Positions 1 through 9,357 of a stretch of DNA of 29,910 nt are shown one piece after another. The stretch covers positions 1 through 29,910 of the forward strand of contig CAYYQL010000033.1 of assembly GCA_964473825.1 (NCBI GenBank), given 5' to 3'. The DNA is from an uncultured archaeon (GTDB lineage Archaea; Asgardarchaeota; Thorarchaeia; Thorarchaeales; Thorarchaeaceae). The notes under the pieces were generated by a model. That model was not told where the DNA came from, ran no database searches, and worked only from the letters and a program-made list of their open reading frames with translations. The position numbers were made by a program, and so were the translations under genes. The stretch's first letter is position 1, and each line of letters begins with the position of its first letter.

Positions 1-108
1 CGGAAAGATAAGACTCGTACGAAGACCAAGAACACTGTCAGAGAAGGGCAGCTCCGAAAGGCGTAAAAACGCCCATGGTTTCGAACCCGCAAGAAAGGGT
101 GATCAGCA

Positions 109-1137
109 ATGCTCGGCGTGATTCTATCGATTCTGCTCTCGTTCGTACTGTCAGTCGCCATTCTGCCCGGCACCATACGCCTGCTTCGAGAAAGGGGGAA
201 GGTTGCTGTGGATGTCCACAAGCACACCAAACCGGAGATCCCAAAGGGGGCAGGTTTTGTGCTTCTCTTTGCAGTAGTCACGACGCTTCTGGCCTATGTT
301 GGAGTGACAACATTCACTTTGGATGAGGTGAACAGGGGCATTCTTGCAGCACTGGTGTCGATACTGATGGCCGGCATGGTTGGAAAACTGGATGACGACC
401 TTGACTTCAAGAATCGCACCAAGATTATACTGCCTCTTATTGCCTCCATCCCCATGATTGCTATGCAGATAGGTACCAGTACTATGGATATTCCCTTCAT
501 CGGCACAGTGAACCTTGGTGTCTTGTACCCCCTGATTGTAGTGCCCCTGATGATGACATTCATTATAGACTCCACAAACATGTATGGGGGAATGAATGGT
601 CTAGAAACAGGCCTTGCCAGCATAAACGCGTCTGCAGTAGTTATGTTTGTCATAATTTCGTCTCTTGTTTCAGGCCAGGGAATCCCGGAGAATCTGATGG
701 CCTCAGGGGTGCTCACAGGAGCTCTACTGGGTGCCTCTCTAGGCTTCTTCATTTTCAACAGATATCCAGCAAAGGTGATTCCTGGAGACGTGGGAAGGCT
801 GCCATTGGGGGCCGCCATGGGGGCTGCACTCCTACTTGGTCACCTGAATCGCCTAGCGGTATTCCTGTACCTGACATATGGCGTGAACTTTCTCCTGTAT
901 CTCTTCTATCGACTCCATGCACGAAGAAATGGTGAAGAATGTGTGAAGTTTGCGGAACCCACTGAGGAGGGGACGCTTGAAGTTGCTGGACCGTATGCTA
1001 TGTACTGGTTGCTACCCCACTTCTTTGATGGTATTACAGAGCAGAAGAATGTGCGAATACTCCTGCTAGTGCAAGCCATCATAGCATATGGGGCAGTTCT
1101 ATTGCTCCTCTTCGGTCCACCATTGACAATCTGGTGA
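109..1137 (+). CDS. UDP-GlcNAc:dolichol-phosphate GlcNAc-1-phosphotransferase (glycosyltransferase family 4, AglH/DPAGT1-like)
   Basis: 342 aa multi-pass membrane protein with GT4/PNPT motifs: 'DVHK..KPEIPKGAG', 'GKLDDDLD', 'STNMYGGMNGLETG', 'FNRYPAKVIPGDVG'. Confidence 0.85.
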   Translation: MLGVILSILLSFVLSVAILPGTIRLLRERGKVAVDVHKHTKPEIPKGAGFVLLFAVVTTLLAYVGVTTFTLDEVNRGILAALVSILMAGMVGKLDDDLDFKNRTKIILPLIASIPMIAMQIGTSTMDIPFIGTVNLGVLYPLIVVPLMMTFIIDSTNMYGGMNGLETGLASINASAVVMFVIISSLVSGQGIPENLMASGVLTGALLGASLGFFIFNRYPAKVIPGDVGRLPLGAAMGAALLLGHLNRLAVFLYLTYGVNFLLYLFYRLHARRNGEECVKFAEPTEEGTLEVAGPYAMYWLLPHFFDGITEQKNVRILLLVQAIIAYGAVLLLLFGPPLTIW

Positions 1138-1139
1138 TT

Positions 1140-2192
1140 CTATCCGAGTTTATCCGGAAGATACTTCTCAACAACATAGTCCATACCGTGCCTACTGAAG
1201 GCCTGTTGTTCTGCCTTCAGTCTCAATTCCTTGAACCTCTTTATATGGTTCTGAGAGAGATGGTCGCGGTATCTGACATCGTTGGAAAGCTCGTCAAGTC
1301 TCTTCAGATCGTAGTCATTCATGGCTTCAGTAGGGAGCCGATAGTCTTCAATATCATCAGCAGTAACGCCAATCCACGTAGCATCAGGTACCGTGAGGTC
1401 TGTTATATGGGCAGAATTTGCACTTCCCGATGTAATGACTTTCGCAATATGCATACCCCAAGGGTCTCCATCAGTGAAGATGTAGACTGGAAGACTGAGA
1501 CAATCATGTATTCTTCTGATGAGTCGTCGGGTCGAACGTGGCGCTTGGCCTCCGAGATGTACAAGGAGGGCGTCGAACCGCTTCCAAGAACGGGTCTCTA
1601 TCAATCGTGAGAACATACCTCCCGATTCTACCGCAAGGATGACCTCTGCTTTGCTCTCGATGGGGTCTGAACTCATCAGAGCCGGGCCAATCGGAAGACC
1701 ATCAGGGCTGATGGTTAGATCAACTTCCCTCCCCTCATATCCGGGAACATTGTATCGCATAGTAACCTCGCCGTATACTGATGAGCTCTCTTCGGGGTAA
1801 ATCCCCATCTCTTCACGCGATAGACCGACGAGACATTCTAGGTCGGCAATCACTCGGTCCGATTCTGCTTGATCAGTAAACTCAACTCCAAATGCTTCAC
1901 TGGAATAATACAGATCTCGCAATGAACTTGTCCTCGAGCTTTCTATGAGGCTTCTAGCGTAGGATGCCACCCACATCAGCTGAGCGAAACTCTTGACATG
2001 TCGGTAGTTACTTGCTGTACGTTGAACTCTGGATTTTCCCAGGACATACTGGTTATTCTCCTCGTCAAAGACAATGTTTCCCGTTCCTCGGTCGGGAAGC
2101 TCAACAACAGGAAAAGATCCCTGTTTGAGGTCATCCAATACAGATTGCCCTAGTGTCTGAAGAAAATGGAGGCGGTTCTCGCGATCAATCAA
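1140..2192 (-). CDS. top6A: DNA topoisomerase VI subunit A (Spo11 family)
   Basis: 'SLRDLYY' catalytic Tyr region and TOPRIM motifs 'LAVESGGMF', 'FTDGDPWG', 'KAEQQA'. TTG start overlaps the top6B stop. Confidence 0.95.
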   Translation of the reverse strand: MIDRENRLHFLQTLGQSVLDDLKQGSFPVVELPDRGTGNIVFDEENNQYVLGKSRVQRTASNYRHVKSFAQLMWVASYARSLIESSRTSSLRDLYYSSEAFGVEFTDQAESDRVIADLECLVGLSREEMGIYPEESSSVYGEVTMRYNVPGYEGREVDLTISPDGLPIGPALMSSDPIESKAEVILAVESGGMFSRLIETRSWKRFDALLVHLGGQAPRSTRRLIRRIHDCLSLPVYIFTDGDPWGMHIAKVITSGSANSAHITDLTVPDATWIGVTADDIEDYRLPTEAMNDYDLKRLDELSNDVRYRDHLSQNHIKRFKELRLKAEQQAFSRHGMDYVVEKYLPDKLG

Positions 2193-3706
2193 GGTCCATC
2201 ACTCCAAAGTAATTCCGTGGCCAACTGCTCTGCGCGCTGAGCATCGGCATCTGCAAGGTCGGCACTAAACCGAGCAATCAATCTTAGCGAGGCTTCCATC
2301 TCACGCATCCGCCTCTCCGATCTCCGTGATCGCTGCCGTTTCTTCGTTATCTTTGATGCCCCTCGGCCCAATTCTCGGTAGAGGGCAAGGGCAGCTGATT
2401 CAATCTGCACCAAGTTAGATATAGACTGTTTTCCTGCCGCTTGGTATGGTACTCTTGTGGAACAGAAGCTGACAAAGAGAGCCCATGGTTGACCACCGGG
2501 AATCCCATACCGCGACCAGGAAACTCTCTTGAGTGTTTTTGTGAGAACATCATCACTTGCATCATATAGTAGAGGGACGCGATTAGCAAACCTGTACAAG
2601 TTTGGTTCATCTCCCTTTGAGAAGGCCTTGCTCGAGGCGATTATGCCCTCTATTATGAAGGGGTGACCCTCCCATTCCAGAGGACCTCTTGAAGCGTAGA
2701 AAGAATAGTCGAGTTCATACAGTCCGGCGACAGCTGATAGAAAGGCTCGTCGGTTGATAGGACTTAGAGAACTGCTATCAGGGCGGTTGAACTGGTCATA
2801 GGATTTCATTACGGTGGATATACGAGATATCTCTTCGCGGCTCAGTTCACCAACCTTTCTCCTTGGATTTTGACCAAGAAAGTCGATGAACTCAGATGCA
2901 GTTTTTCGGCCAACCTGCTGGAAGGACTCGACCAAGTATTCCTTCAATGATAGGGCGTCTCTCCCTGCCATGGTCCTCCGTAGCAGTTCTGTGTCCGCTG
3001 CCCGAGGGTGAGGTTTTGTCGCCACAGGCAGGGGAGGGAGCGCTTCTGCCCAAGGCCCCACATCAAGAATAGGCTCATTGTCGATTCTCAGGACCAATCG
3101 CGCATGAGGTGTTGCTATCGAACTCAACCTGAGATACTCCTCGATTCGAGCAGCAGCTCTTGAAAGGTCCCCATCAATTCTCACGGTGACTGTAGTTCCA
3201 TTCTCAGACCGCAATCGGTCCCTAGTCAGTTCTACCACTGGATAGTTATTCTCGATGTCGACGTAGAGACTATACTCACGACCACGGTTGTTGCTCTGGG
3301 TGTGAATGATGACAGGAGAGTCGGTGGTTATCTGCCCGTACAAGACCGCCATGGTCACTCCAAGTCCGAAGGTACCGCGTTTTTGACGTAGTCCATACTT
3401 GCTACCATAGAGCACCTGACCGAACGCACTGGGCACTTCATCGTATGGTAGACCGGATCCGTTATCCTCCACCGAGATGATGACCTGATTAGATGTAGTA
3501 GACTCGATGGTCACTGTCACAAGAGGGAGGCGACCTGCATCTTCACATGAGTCCAGGCTGTTCTCAACGAGCTCGCGGACTGTGGAATAAGTTGCTTGGG
3601 TTGGGTTGCCAAATCCTGCCATTTGACGATTTCTATAGAAGAACTCGGATGGGGATATACTGCTGAATTCTGACTGTCTGCTCTCCGGTCCACTCATCTG
3701 TTTCAT
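2189..3706 (-). CDS. top6B: DNA topoisomerase VI subunit B
   Basis: GHKL ATPase motifs 'RELVENSLD', 'EDNGSG', 'GSKY..RQKRGTFGLG', plus 'KPHP', 'RFANRVPLLY' and 'ST+VPY..AGKQ' transducer motifs. Adjacent to top6A. Confidence 0.95.
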   Translation of the reverse strand: MKQMSGPESRQSEFSSISPSEFFYRNRQMAGFGNPTQATYSTVRELVENSLDSCEDAGRLPLVTVTIESTTSNQVIISVEDNGSGLPYDEVPSAFGQVLYGSKYGLRQKRGTFGLGVTMAVLYGQITTDSPVIIHTQSNNRGREYSLYVDIENNYPVVELTRDRLRSENGTTVTVRIDGDLSRAAARIEEYLRLSSIATPHARLVLRIDNEPILDVGPWAEALPPLPVATKPHPRAADTELLRRTMAGRDALSLKEYLVESFQQVGRKTASEFIDFLGQNPRRKVGELSREEISRISTVMKSYDQFNRPDSSSLSPINRRAFLSAVAGLYELDYSFYASRGPLEWEGHPFIIEGIIASSKAFSKGDEPNLYRFANRVPLLYDASDDVLTKTLKRVSWSRYGIPGGQPWALFVSFCSTRVPYQAAGKQSISNLVQIESAALALYRELGRGASKITKKRQRSRRSERRMREMEASLRLIARFSADLADADAQRAEQLATELLWSDGP

Positions 3707-3783
3707 GGAATCTTTACATGAAACATTACATAAGGGAGGGTATTACATGCGACATCTGGAGTCGCGTTAAGCCCTGGTAGAAA

Positions 3784-4350
3784 CTATTCCCAGAGCTGAG
3801 CCCGCATGCGGTTTATTTCTTGTCTCATTCTCTCAAGGTAGCTGTATACTGCCCCGTGAGGAGCTCCATCGATCAGCATATTCACAGCTCGTTGTGCATA
3901 ATCTAGGCCTGGATCACGGCCAATGATTCCAACAGTACGGCCATAAACACAGATTTTCGTTTCGGTTATCTCTTCAATCACCTTGCGACTGCGACCATTC
4001 TCCCCAATTATCCTTCCAGCAACCCGCTTCAGCTGAGAGGGTGACGAACCAACGGCTTGACGTAGCGAGATAATCAGTAGACGTGTATAATCATCCAGTA
4101 GCTCGAATGCGTTCTGCGGGCTGAACCCACGAGCCATGGCTTTGACAATGTCTCTTGCCTTCCAAGCTAGAACTGGATCACTGCTGTCCTCTTTGCTTGT
4201 GATTGTCACATAGCCCTCTGAATTGACATCGAGGGAGGAGTTGGTGAGATGCTCAATCTTCTTCTTAACCCGACCGTTTCGACCCACAATGACGCCTATT
4301 CGTTCGAGAGGTACTCGAATCGTTTCATGGAATAACATCTTACTACTCAC
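3784..4350 (-). CDS. KH-domain pre-rRNA processing protein (Pno1/Dim2/Krr1 family)
   Basis: Two KH GxxG motifs ('IGVIVGRNG', 'GRIIGENG'), 'ARGFSP', 'MLIDGAPHGAVY'. Sits in the conserved position between rio1 and top6B. GTG start. Confidence 0.92.
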   Translation of the reverse strand: MSSKMLFHETIRVPLERIGVIVGRNGRVKKKIEHLTNSSLDVNSEGYVTITSKEDSSDPVLAWKARDIVKAMARGFSPQNAFELLDDYTRLLIISLRQAVGSSPSQLKRVAGRIIGENGRSRKVIEEITETKICVYGRTVGIIGRDPGLDYAQRAVNMLIDGAPHGAVYSYLERMRQEINRMRAQLWE

Positions 4351-5143
4351 CGGATGATAGAATGTACTCAGTGATCACTTCAGGATCTTCTGTTTCAACA
4401 TCCATCTTGCTAAAGAACCGAGTCATGTTTTGAATGTCACGGAGTAGGTATTTTCCAGCGTAATCATGTGCAGTGAGTACTGCTTGAGAAACGTCGATGA
4501 TTACTGGTTCGTCGTACCAGAGGATATTGAACTCGCTTAGGTCGGCATGAACAAGGCCAGCGTCATTGTAGCCTAGAACAATCATATCGATTATATCATT
4601 GAACACTTCAGCAGGATGTTCAAGAACAGCGTCTTTCAGAAGGGGAGCTGGGAGTGCTGATTCCTTGTCTCCAATAAACTCCATGATTAGCACATTCCGT
4701 TCTATATCAATTGGTTTTGGGACCGTCACGCCAGCTTCATGGTATCTTTGAAGGTTCTTGTATTCTTTCATGGCCCATAGAGGGATGAGAGTACGCGCAT
4801 TACGCCGTATCTTTTTGAAACGCGGGTCGCCAACAATGTATTCAAGCATATAGTCTGATTCGGCAGTGGTCATTCGGTAAATCTTGACTGCGACTGCCAT
4901 TCCATCCAAATCCTCGCCTCGATAGACATTCGCTTCCTTTCCGGTGCTAATAGCACCATGTACTGCGTTTATTGAACCACGACTTAAGAGCTTGTACAAA
5001 ATCTTCAGGGTGGGGGGGTCTATGACGCCCTCAATGACTTTGAACTCATCAGAGTCCTTTCTTCGTGTGGAGCGGGCATCAACTCTATCCTCTATGAGGC
5101 GTCGTTTCTTCTCAGCATCACGCAAGATATTCACCGAAAACAT
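4343..5143 (-). CDS. rio1: RIO1 family serine/threonine protein kinase
   Basis: 'ISTGKEANVY', 'AVKIY', 'LIMEFIG', 'LVHADLSEFNIL', 'IIDVSQAV'. An alternative TTG start lies at 5125 after GGTGA. Confidence 0.95.
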   Translation of the reverse strand: MFSVNILRDAEKKRRLIEDRVDARSTRRKDSDEFKVIEGVIDPPTLKILYKLLSRGSINAVHGAISTGKEANVYRGEDLDGMAVAVKIYRMTTAESDYMLEYIVGDPRFKKIRRNARTLIPLWAMKEYKNLQRYHEAGVTVPKPIDIERNVLIMEFIGDKESALPAPLLKDAVLEHPAEVFNDIIDMIVLGYNDAGLVHADLSEFNILWYDEPVIIDVSQAVLTAHDYAGKYLLRDIQNMTRFFSKMDVETEDPEVITEYILSSGE

Positions 5144-5201
5144 ACGGTATTCTCTACTCGTTCATCTCGCTTAGAACACTTCTGTGCAGAAAAAGGCTTG
5201 G

Positions 5202-5531
5202 CTAGAACATCTTGAGAATGCCACGTCTCTTCAACCAGTCAAGCTCATTGCCCCGATAACGCCAGACAACATCACATTTTTCGTCTGTCTGGAAGGCCCA
5301 AGGTACTATCAAGACAGTGTCGCCGATTCTCATCCATATACGCTTCTTCATTCTGCCTGGAATACGACCGATACGTATCTCCCCATCCTCACATCTGACC
5401 CGGACTCTATCATGACCAAGCATTTGTATTATGATAGCGAACATCTCGCCTTCGTCACGTCTCGGCGTTCTGACTCTGAATGTTTCGTCGTTTCCTTGGG
5501 AATTTCTGTTTCTGCGCGACAAAGTAATCAT
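5202..5531 (-). CDS. eif1a: Translation initiation factor aIF-1A
   Basis: 'MLGHDRVRVRCEDG..RIGRIPGRMKKRIWMRIGD.VLIVPW.FQ...KCDVVWRY' is the eIF1A/aIF1A signature. Confidence 0.96.
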   Translation of the reverse strand: MITLSRRNRNSQGNDETFRVRTPRRDEGEMFAIIIQMLGHDRVRVRCEDGEIRIGRIPGRMKKRIWMRIGDTVLIVPWAFQTDEKCDVVWRYRGNELDWLKRRGILKMF

Positions 5532-5623
5532 CCGTCTACGAGGTAGAACTCTAGGCCAGTGTTACCTCGACCGAGCTTGGATTCCCACGGCATTTAAGCG
5601 TACCGAAATAACAGGGAGCGCCG

Positions 5624-6718
5624 TCATTCTTGGTTGTTTCTTGGAACAACATAGGTATGGCCGTCAACGTCAAGCAGATGAACCGTATCACCTACTCCAA
5701 TGTCTTGAGCAAATCGGTCACGATCAACCTCTATAGTGCGATAGGATGAAGAATCCATCAGTTGAAATGGTTGGTCGTAGCCCTCAGCAATTATCTTGTA
5801 TTCCCTGCGTTCGTTCTTAAGTGCAACGAATTCTATTGTCCTCCACTTTGAGCTCTTGGGATTCATCGTAAAGCTTGTCTGCTCAACAAGATCATAGCAC
5901 CCGAGTCCACCTCTTCCAAGAGAAACAACCTCACATGGATTCCCCAAGACCTTGATGAAATCGCCCTTTCTGAAGCGTGGTAGTCTGAGAAGGATAGTGA
6001 TTCTGTACTTCTCCCTTCCATCCTTGTCTTGACTAATGAGTTTGTAGTTCTCTTTTCGTTCTGCAAGGTAGCTGATTTGGATGTGGTCTGCAATCTTCTT
6101 AGCCAAATGCTCTGACCCAATCTTGAAATCTAGACCATGGCGATCTCGTGAGATCTCTGTGACATAGGCCTTGACATCTTTGCCGTATTCGGCCACAGTC
6201 ATGTCGGTAACGATTCCGGCGATTTCTTCGGCTTCGTTATCTGTAAGTTTTCGCTCGTCCGTGCGAATCTGAATGATGGCCTCGTGGTAGCCCCCGCTCA
6301 TCATTCCACAAGTATCACAGGTTCCATGACTGAACCTTATTTCGACAGGAATCTCTTCTTGATGCTTGGGGAGATCTGGATGGGACTGCCCACACACTAT
6401 TAGAGTCACGTGGAGGACGCGATCTAGGCTCTTGTCTTCGTGTATCTCCAACTTTACATCAGGAGCGAGATAGCTGATTTCTTGTGAGAGTAGAATAGAC
6501 ACCTGAATCCCCCTCAATTCTGCTTCATCTTGATATCGCTCCTCTATGGCCCTCCATCCGCCAGGTACTTTCACCGCCCCGCATCGTTTGCACACTTGTA
6601 TGGCGAGCGGCGTATCTACTTGAATGAGCGGATGTGATTCGTTGTAGCACTTGGTACAGAGTCCTTCCACTTCTGCATCTGCACCACATACATAGCAAGG
6701 AGGCTTCATGCTTCTCAT
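5624..6718 (-). CDS. nmd3: NMD3 family 60S/50S ribosomal subunit maturation protein
   Basis: N-terminal CxxC pairs (CYVC, CTKC, CKRC, CDTC), 'GGYHEAIIQIR', 'ITILLRLP' and C-terminal eIF5A-like beta domains. Confidence 0.92.
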   Translation of the reverse strand: MRSMKPPCYVCGADAEVEGLCTKCYNESHPLIQVDTPLAIQVCKRCGAVKVPGGWRAIEERYQDEAELRGIQVSILLSQEISYLAPDVKLEIHEDKSLDRVLHVTLIVCGQSHPDLPKHQEEIPVEIRFSHGTCDTCGMMSGGYHEAIIQIRTDERKLTDNEAEEIAGIVTDMTVAEYGKDVKAYVTEISRDRHGLDFKIGSEHLAKKIADHIQISYLAERKENYKLISQDKDGREKYRITILLRLPRFRKGDFIKVLGNPCEVVSLGRGGLGCYDLVEQTSFTMNPKSSKWRTIEFVALKNERREYKIIAEGYDQPFQLMDSSSYRTIEVDRDRFAQDIGVGDTVHLLDVDGHTYVVPRNNQE

Positions 6719-6812
6719 TACTAGAGGTCCAGCTGAGCGCTTAAAGAATGGGGTATGGTCAAGACTCTGTCCTAACAGAAGTCTTTTGTTGTCGACGATT
6801 CTTGAGAATGAT

Positions 6813-7238
6813 ATGCCTCGCAGTAAGCGTTGGAGACGGGTCTCGAGAGAACCATCTGTTTCCGTCTACAAACCGGCCGGGATTCCGGCAAAGGATCTGG
6901 ACGAGATTCTCATAACAGTAGATGAGTTTGAAACGATACGCTTGGCAGACTTTGTTGGAATGACTCAAAGGGAGGCAAGCGAAGTGATGAACATAAGTCA
7001 GCCCACTTTCAACCGGACTCTCGCATCGGCAAGGGCAAAGATTGCCCAAGGGCTAGTTGAGGGGTGTGTAATCAGGATTGAGGGAGGGCGTTATGTTCTC
7101 GCTGACGGTTCAGGTGCTTTAGAATGTAGAGAGTGCGGCCATTCCATTGAAGGTTCGGCCAGCAACCAGACTGCCTGCCCGAAATGCGGTTCCACAAGGC
7201 TTCGTTGGGTTCGATGGAAGGAAGATGACGGTGATTAG
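6813..7238 (+). CDS. DUF134 (UPF0251) HTH DNA-binding protein with C-terminal zinc ribbon
   Basis: 'MPR.KR.RRV', 'YKPAGIP', 'DEFETIRLAD..GMTQREA..MNISQPTF.R.L.SAR.KIA..LVEG..IRIEGG', then 'CRECGH...CPKCGS'. Start moved to ATG 6813 because the family begins MPR and this removes the overlap with nmd3. Confidence 0.88.
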   Translation: MPRSKRWRRVSREPSVSVYKPAGIPAKDLDEILITVDEFETIRLADFVGMTQREASEVMNISQPTFNRTLASARAKIAQGLVEGCVIRIEGGRYVLADGSGALECRECGHSIEGSASNQTACPKCGSTRLRWVRWKEDDGD

Positions 7239-7240
7239 AC

Positions 7241-7621
7241 ATGACTACTAGCAGAATAGCGATTCCAATAGATAGCAATCAAGGACTGGAGAGCGCAGTA
7301 AGTGGACACTTCGGACACTGTCCAGCTTTTGCCCTAGTGACACTCGAGGACGGAAAGACTACACGCGTTGACTTGGTTGAGAATGTTCCTCATTCCAGCT
7401 GTGCCGGGCCAGTTAATCTCCTCGCCGAACACGGCATAGAGGTTCTACTTGCTTCGGGAATGGGCATGCGCCCCTATGTGATTGCACAACAGCATGGAAT
7501 ATCCGTACTGAAATCGGATGCCAAGACTGTGGCTGAGGCCATAGAAGATTATAATCGAGGAGATGCAAAGGATATGAGAAACGGGGGCCTTTGCCAAGGC
7601 GGGCGGGGAGCCAGTGTCTAG
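7241..7621 (+). CDS. NifB/NifX family Fe-Mo cofactor/metal-cluster binding protein (MTH1175-like)
   Basis: 'RIAIP', 'VSGHFGHCPAF', 'GIEVLLASGMG', C-terminal Cys. Lies 2 bp downstream of DUF134, its usual partner. Confidence 0.88.
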   Translation: MTTSRIAIPIDSNQGLESAVSGHFGHCPAFALVTLEDGKTTRVDLVENVPHSSCAGPVNLLAEHGIEVLLASGMGMRPYVIAQQHGISVLKSDAKTVAEAIEDYNRGDAKDMRNGGLCQGGRGASV

Positions 7622-7753
7622 ATAATCTGGTTCTTACAGTTTGGCGAGAGAACGTCACCTGCAAGAAACAGATTGCATAGATGCGCCTGATGCAGAAGAC
7701 GCCCAGAATGTGTCATCAGTAGAGTTGTATCGCGAGCTCATAATCGCCTATCG

Positions 7754-8053
7754 CTAGAGCTTGACCCATTGGGCATGTGGGTGGCCTTCAATATACATAA
7801 CAGCCTTTTCGTGAACTAAGCCTGCGCTGATTGCAGCATCAACTGTATCCTGACCCACCATATTGAGAATAGTAGCTTTCTTGATGTGTTCCAGACAGGT
7901 TGCCATATCAACAAGGGTATCGCCATAGAACTCCTTGCTCACTTTGAACTCAATATCTCCCTGAATGAGGGTTCGTCCCAGTAACGACTCGTCACAAATT
8001 GCTACAAGATAATGCTCCAGCGTTTCTCTTACCCGCATGTAGACGGATGACAT
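7754..8053 (-). CDS. DUF424 family protein
   Basis: 'LVAICDESLLG', 'VSKEFYG', 'ATILNMVG', 'IEGHPHAQ'. Typical neighbour of aIF2beta and nmd3. Confidence 0.88.
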   Translation of the reverse strand: MSSVYMRVRETLEHYLVAICDESLLGRTLIQGDIEFKVSKEFYGDTLVDMATCLEHIKKATILNMVGQDTVDAAISAGLVHEKAVMYIEGHPHAQWVKL

Positions 8054-8064
8054 TCAGGGACCTC

Positions 8065-8493
8065 CTATACAGGGCGAATCGAGGTTCTTGCACCACAGGC
8101 CGAACAATGGAGATAGTAAGCACTCTGTTCCTTTATGATGCTCGTATCTGGCCTTCCGCAGACAGGACAAATAACATATGAATCGATGTATCTTCTCAAC
8201 ATCTCTTCTACCATGTACTCGGAGAACTTACCGTTGAATATTGCATTGCTACCCTCAATGGTACCCGCTGTTGCAAGCTGCCCTGAAACGAACTTTAGTA
8301 CTTCTTTTCCAGGACGATTCAAGACGTTCACTATCTCTTGAAAGTTCTGCCATATGCTTCTGTTACCTTGGACTATCAGCTGCACATCAGGAACTTGAAA
8401 GCGCTCACCAGATCTCTTGAAGGCATCTTCTGGCACTTGTGACCTGGCCCTATCGAGTAGGCTATTGTAATCATCCATGTGCAAGTGTGCCAC
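8065..8493 (-). CDS. eif2b: Translation initiation factor aIF-2 beta subunit
   Basis: 'Y..LLDRA', 'ERF.VP', 'NF.EI...LNR', 'YVICPVCGRPDT', 'CSACGA' zinc ribbon. Confidence 0.96.
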   Translation of the reverse strand: MAHLHMDDYNSLLDRARSQVPEDAFKRSGERFQVPDVQLIVQGNRSIWQNFQEIVNVLNRPGKEVLKFVSGQLATAGTIEGSNAIFNGKFSEYMVEEMLRRYIDSYVICPVCGRPDTSIIKEQSAYYLHCSACGARTSIRPV

Positions 8494-8540
8494 CTGTCTG
8501 CTATTGAAGCTTCTGCTCTATGACATCTGTGATGGAAGGC

Positions 8541-9278
8541 CTAGGTGCTGGGGTCCAATACTCCAATATCCTCTGGACGCTCTCGAACGTACCCGTTCTC
8601 GAGTAGTTCGACCACTCTCATGTTTATCTCCATCTTGTCAATTCCCTCATCATGGAAGTGTTCAATCACGTCCTCAATCTTGACACCATCGGGCCCCCTT
8701 TTTTCTTTGATGTAATCGAGAATCTGCCGGGAGAGCTTGCCGAGCATACTGATGGGCGGGGTAGCCAATTCATCAGTGCCTTTCGTGCCTGTTGACGATT
8801 CAGAGATATAGTTCTCAAGACCTACGGTTTCTTCCACATCCACCTCTTCGCTCTCGGGAGTAGTAACACCGCTCAGTGTAAGAAGCCCCCAGAGTCGCTG
8901 TAACATGTGTAAGGTCATGTAGTTTCCGTCATCTATTCTTCGGACAATCTCGGAGAGAAGATAGATACGATCTTCATACTGACGGACTTTCCCGACCACC
9001 AGATACAGCTGATCTGCTTCAACCTCTTCCAGTAGTGAAGTATCAACGCCGAAGGTACGAGCCTGAATCACACCAGATCCATCATCGATAGTAATGCTTG
9101 CTAGATTCCGGTCCTCATTCACAAATTTCTCAACGATAAACCCCACTATACCAACCCGTCGTAGCTCAACACCATACTTTGAAACAACGCGAGGGCCTCC
9201 CGAATCATCAAACTGACCCTCAACGATGTCAGCCACTGAGGCTCGAACTGTGGTCATTCTCGGCTGCATCTTGTTCAC
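8541..9278 (-). CDS. RPA32/RPA2-like ssDNA-binding subunit (OB fold + acidic linker + C-terminal winged helix)
   Basis: 'RVGIVGFIV', 'ITIDDGSGVIQAR.F', 'VVGKVRQY' OB fold, and C-terminal 'ILDYIKE...GVKIEDV...ELLENGYVRE' wHTH. Confidence 0.8.
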   Translation of the reverse strand: MNKMQPRMTTVRASVADIVEGQFDDSGGPRVVSKYGVELRRVGIVGFIVEKFVNEDRNLASITIDDGSGVIQARTFGVDTSLLEEVEADQLYLVVGKVRQYEDRIYLLSEIVRRIDDGNYMTLHMLQRLWGLLTLSGVTTPESEEVDVEETVGLENYISESSTGTKGTDELATPPISMLGKLSRQILDYIKEKRGPDGVKIEDVIEHFHDEGIDKMEINMRVVELLENGYVRERPEDIGVLDPST

Positions 9279-9357
9279 ACACCAACATCGACACTCAGGT
9301 TTTTCTTACAGTGCTATATATCGTTCACGGATTCGTACCGAAGGGCATGGTGGGCAA

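Noticed and set aside
70-95. GGGTTCGAAACC on the minus strand resembling a tRNA T-loop
   Set aside because: The flanks do not form a T-stem, and no acceptor, D or anticodon arms can be built.
1-121. Possible 3' end of an upstream gene (open frames ending at TAA 64-66 or TGA 119-121)
   Set aside because: Too short to choose a frame or assign a family.
6708-6812. N-terminal extension of the DUF134 ORF given by the track
   Set aside because: It overlaps the nmd3 start head-to-head and occupies the divergent promoter. The family starts at MPR (6813).
7687-7721. CTGATG/CATCAG inverted repeat and a minus-strand TGATGA resembling a C/D-box sRNA C box
   Set aside because: No CTGA D box at a suitable distance, and a 6-bp stem alone is expected by chance.
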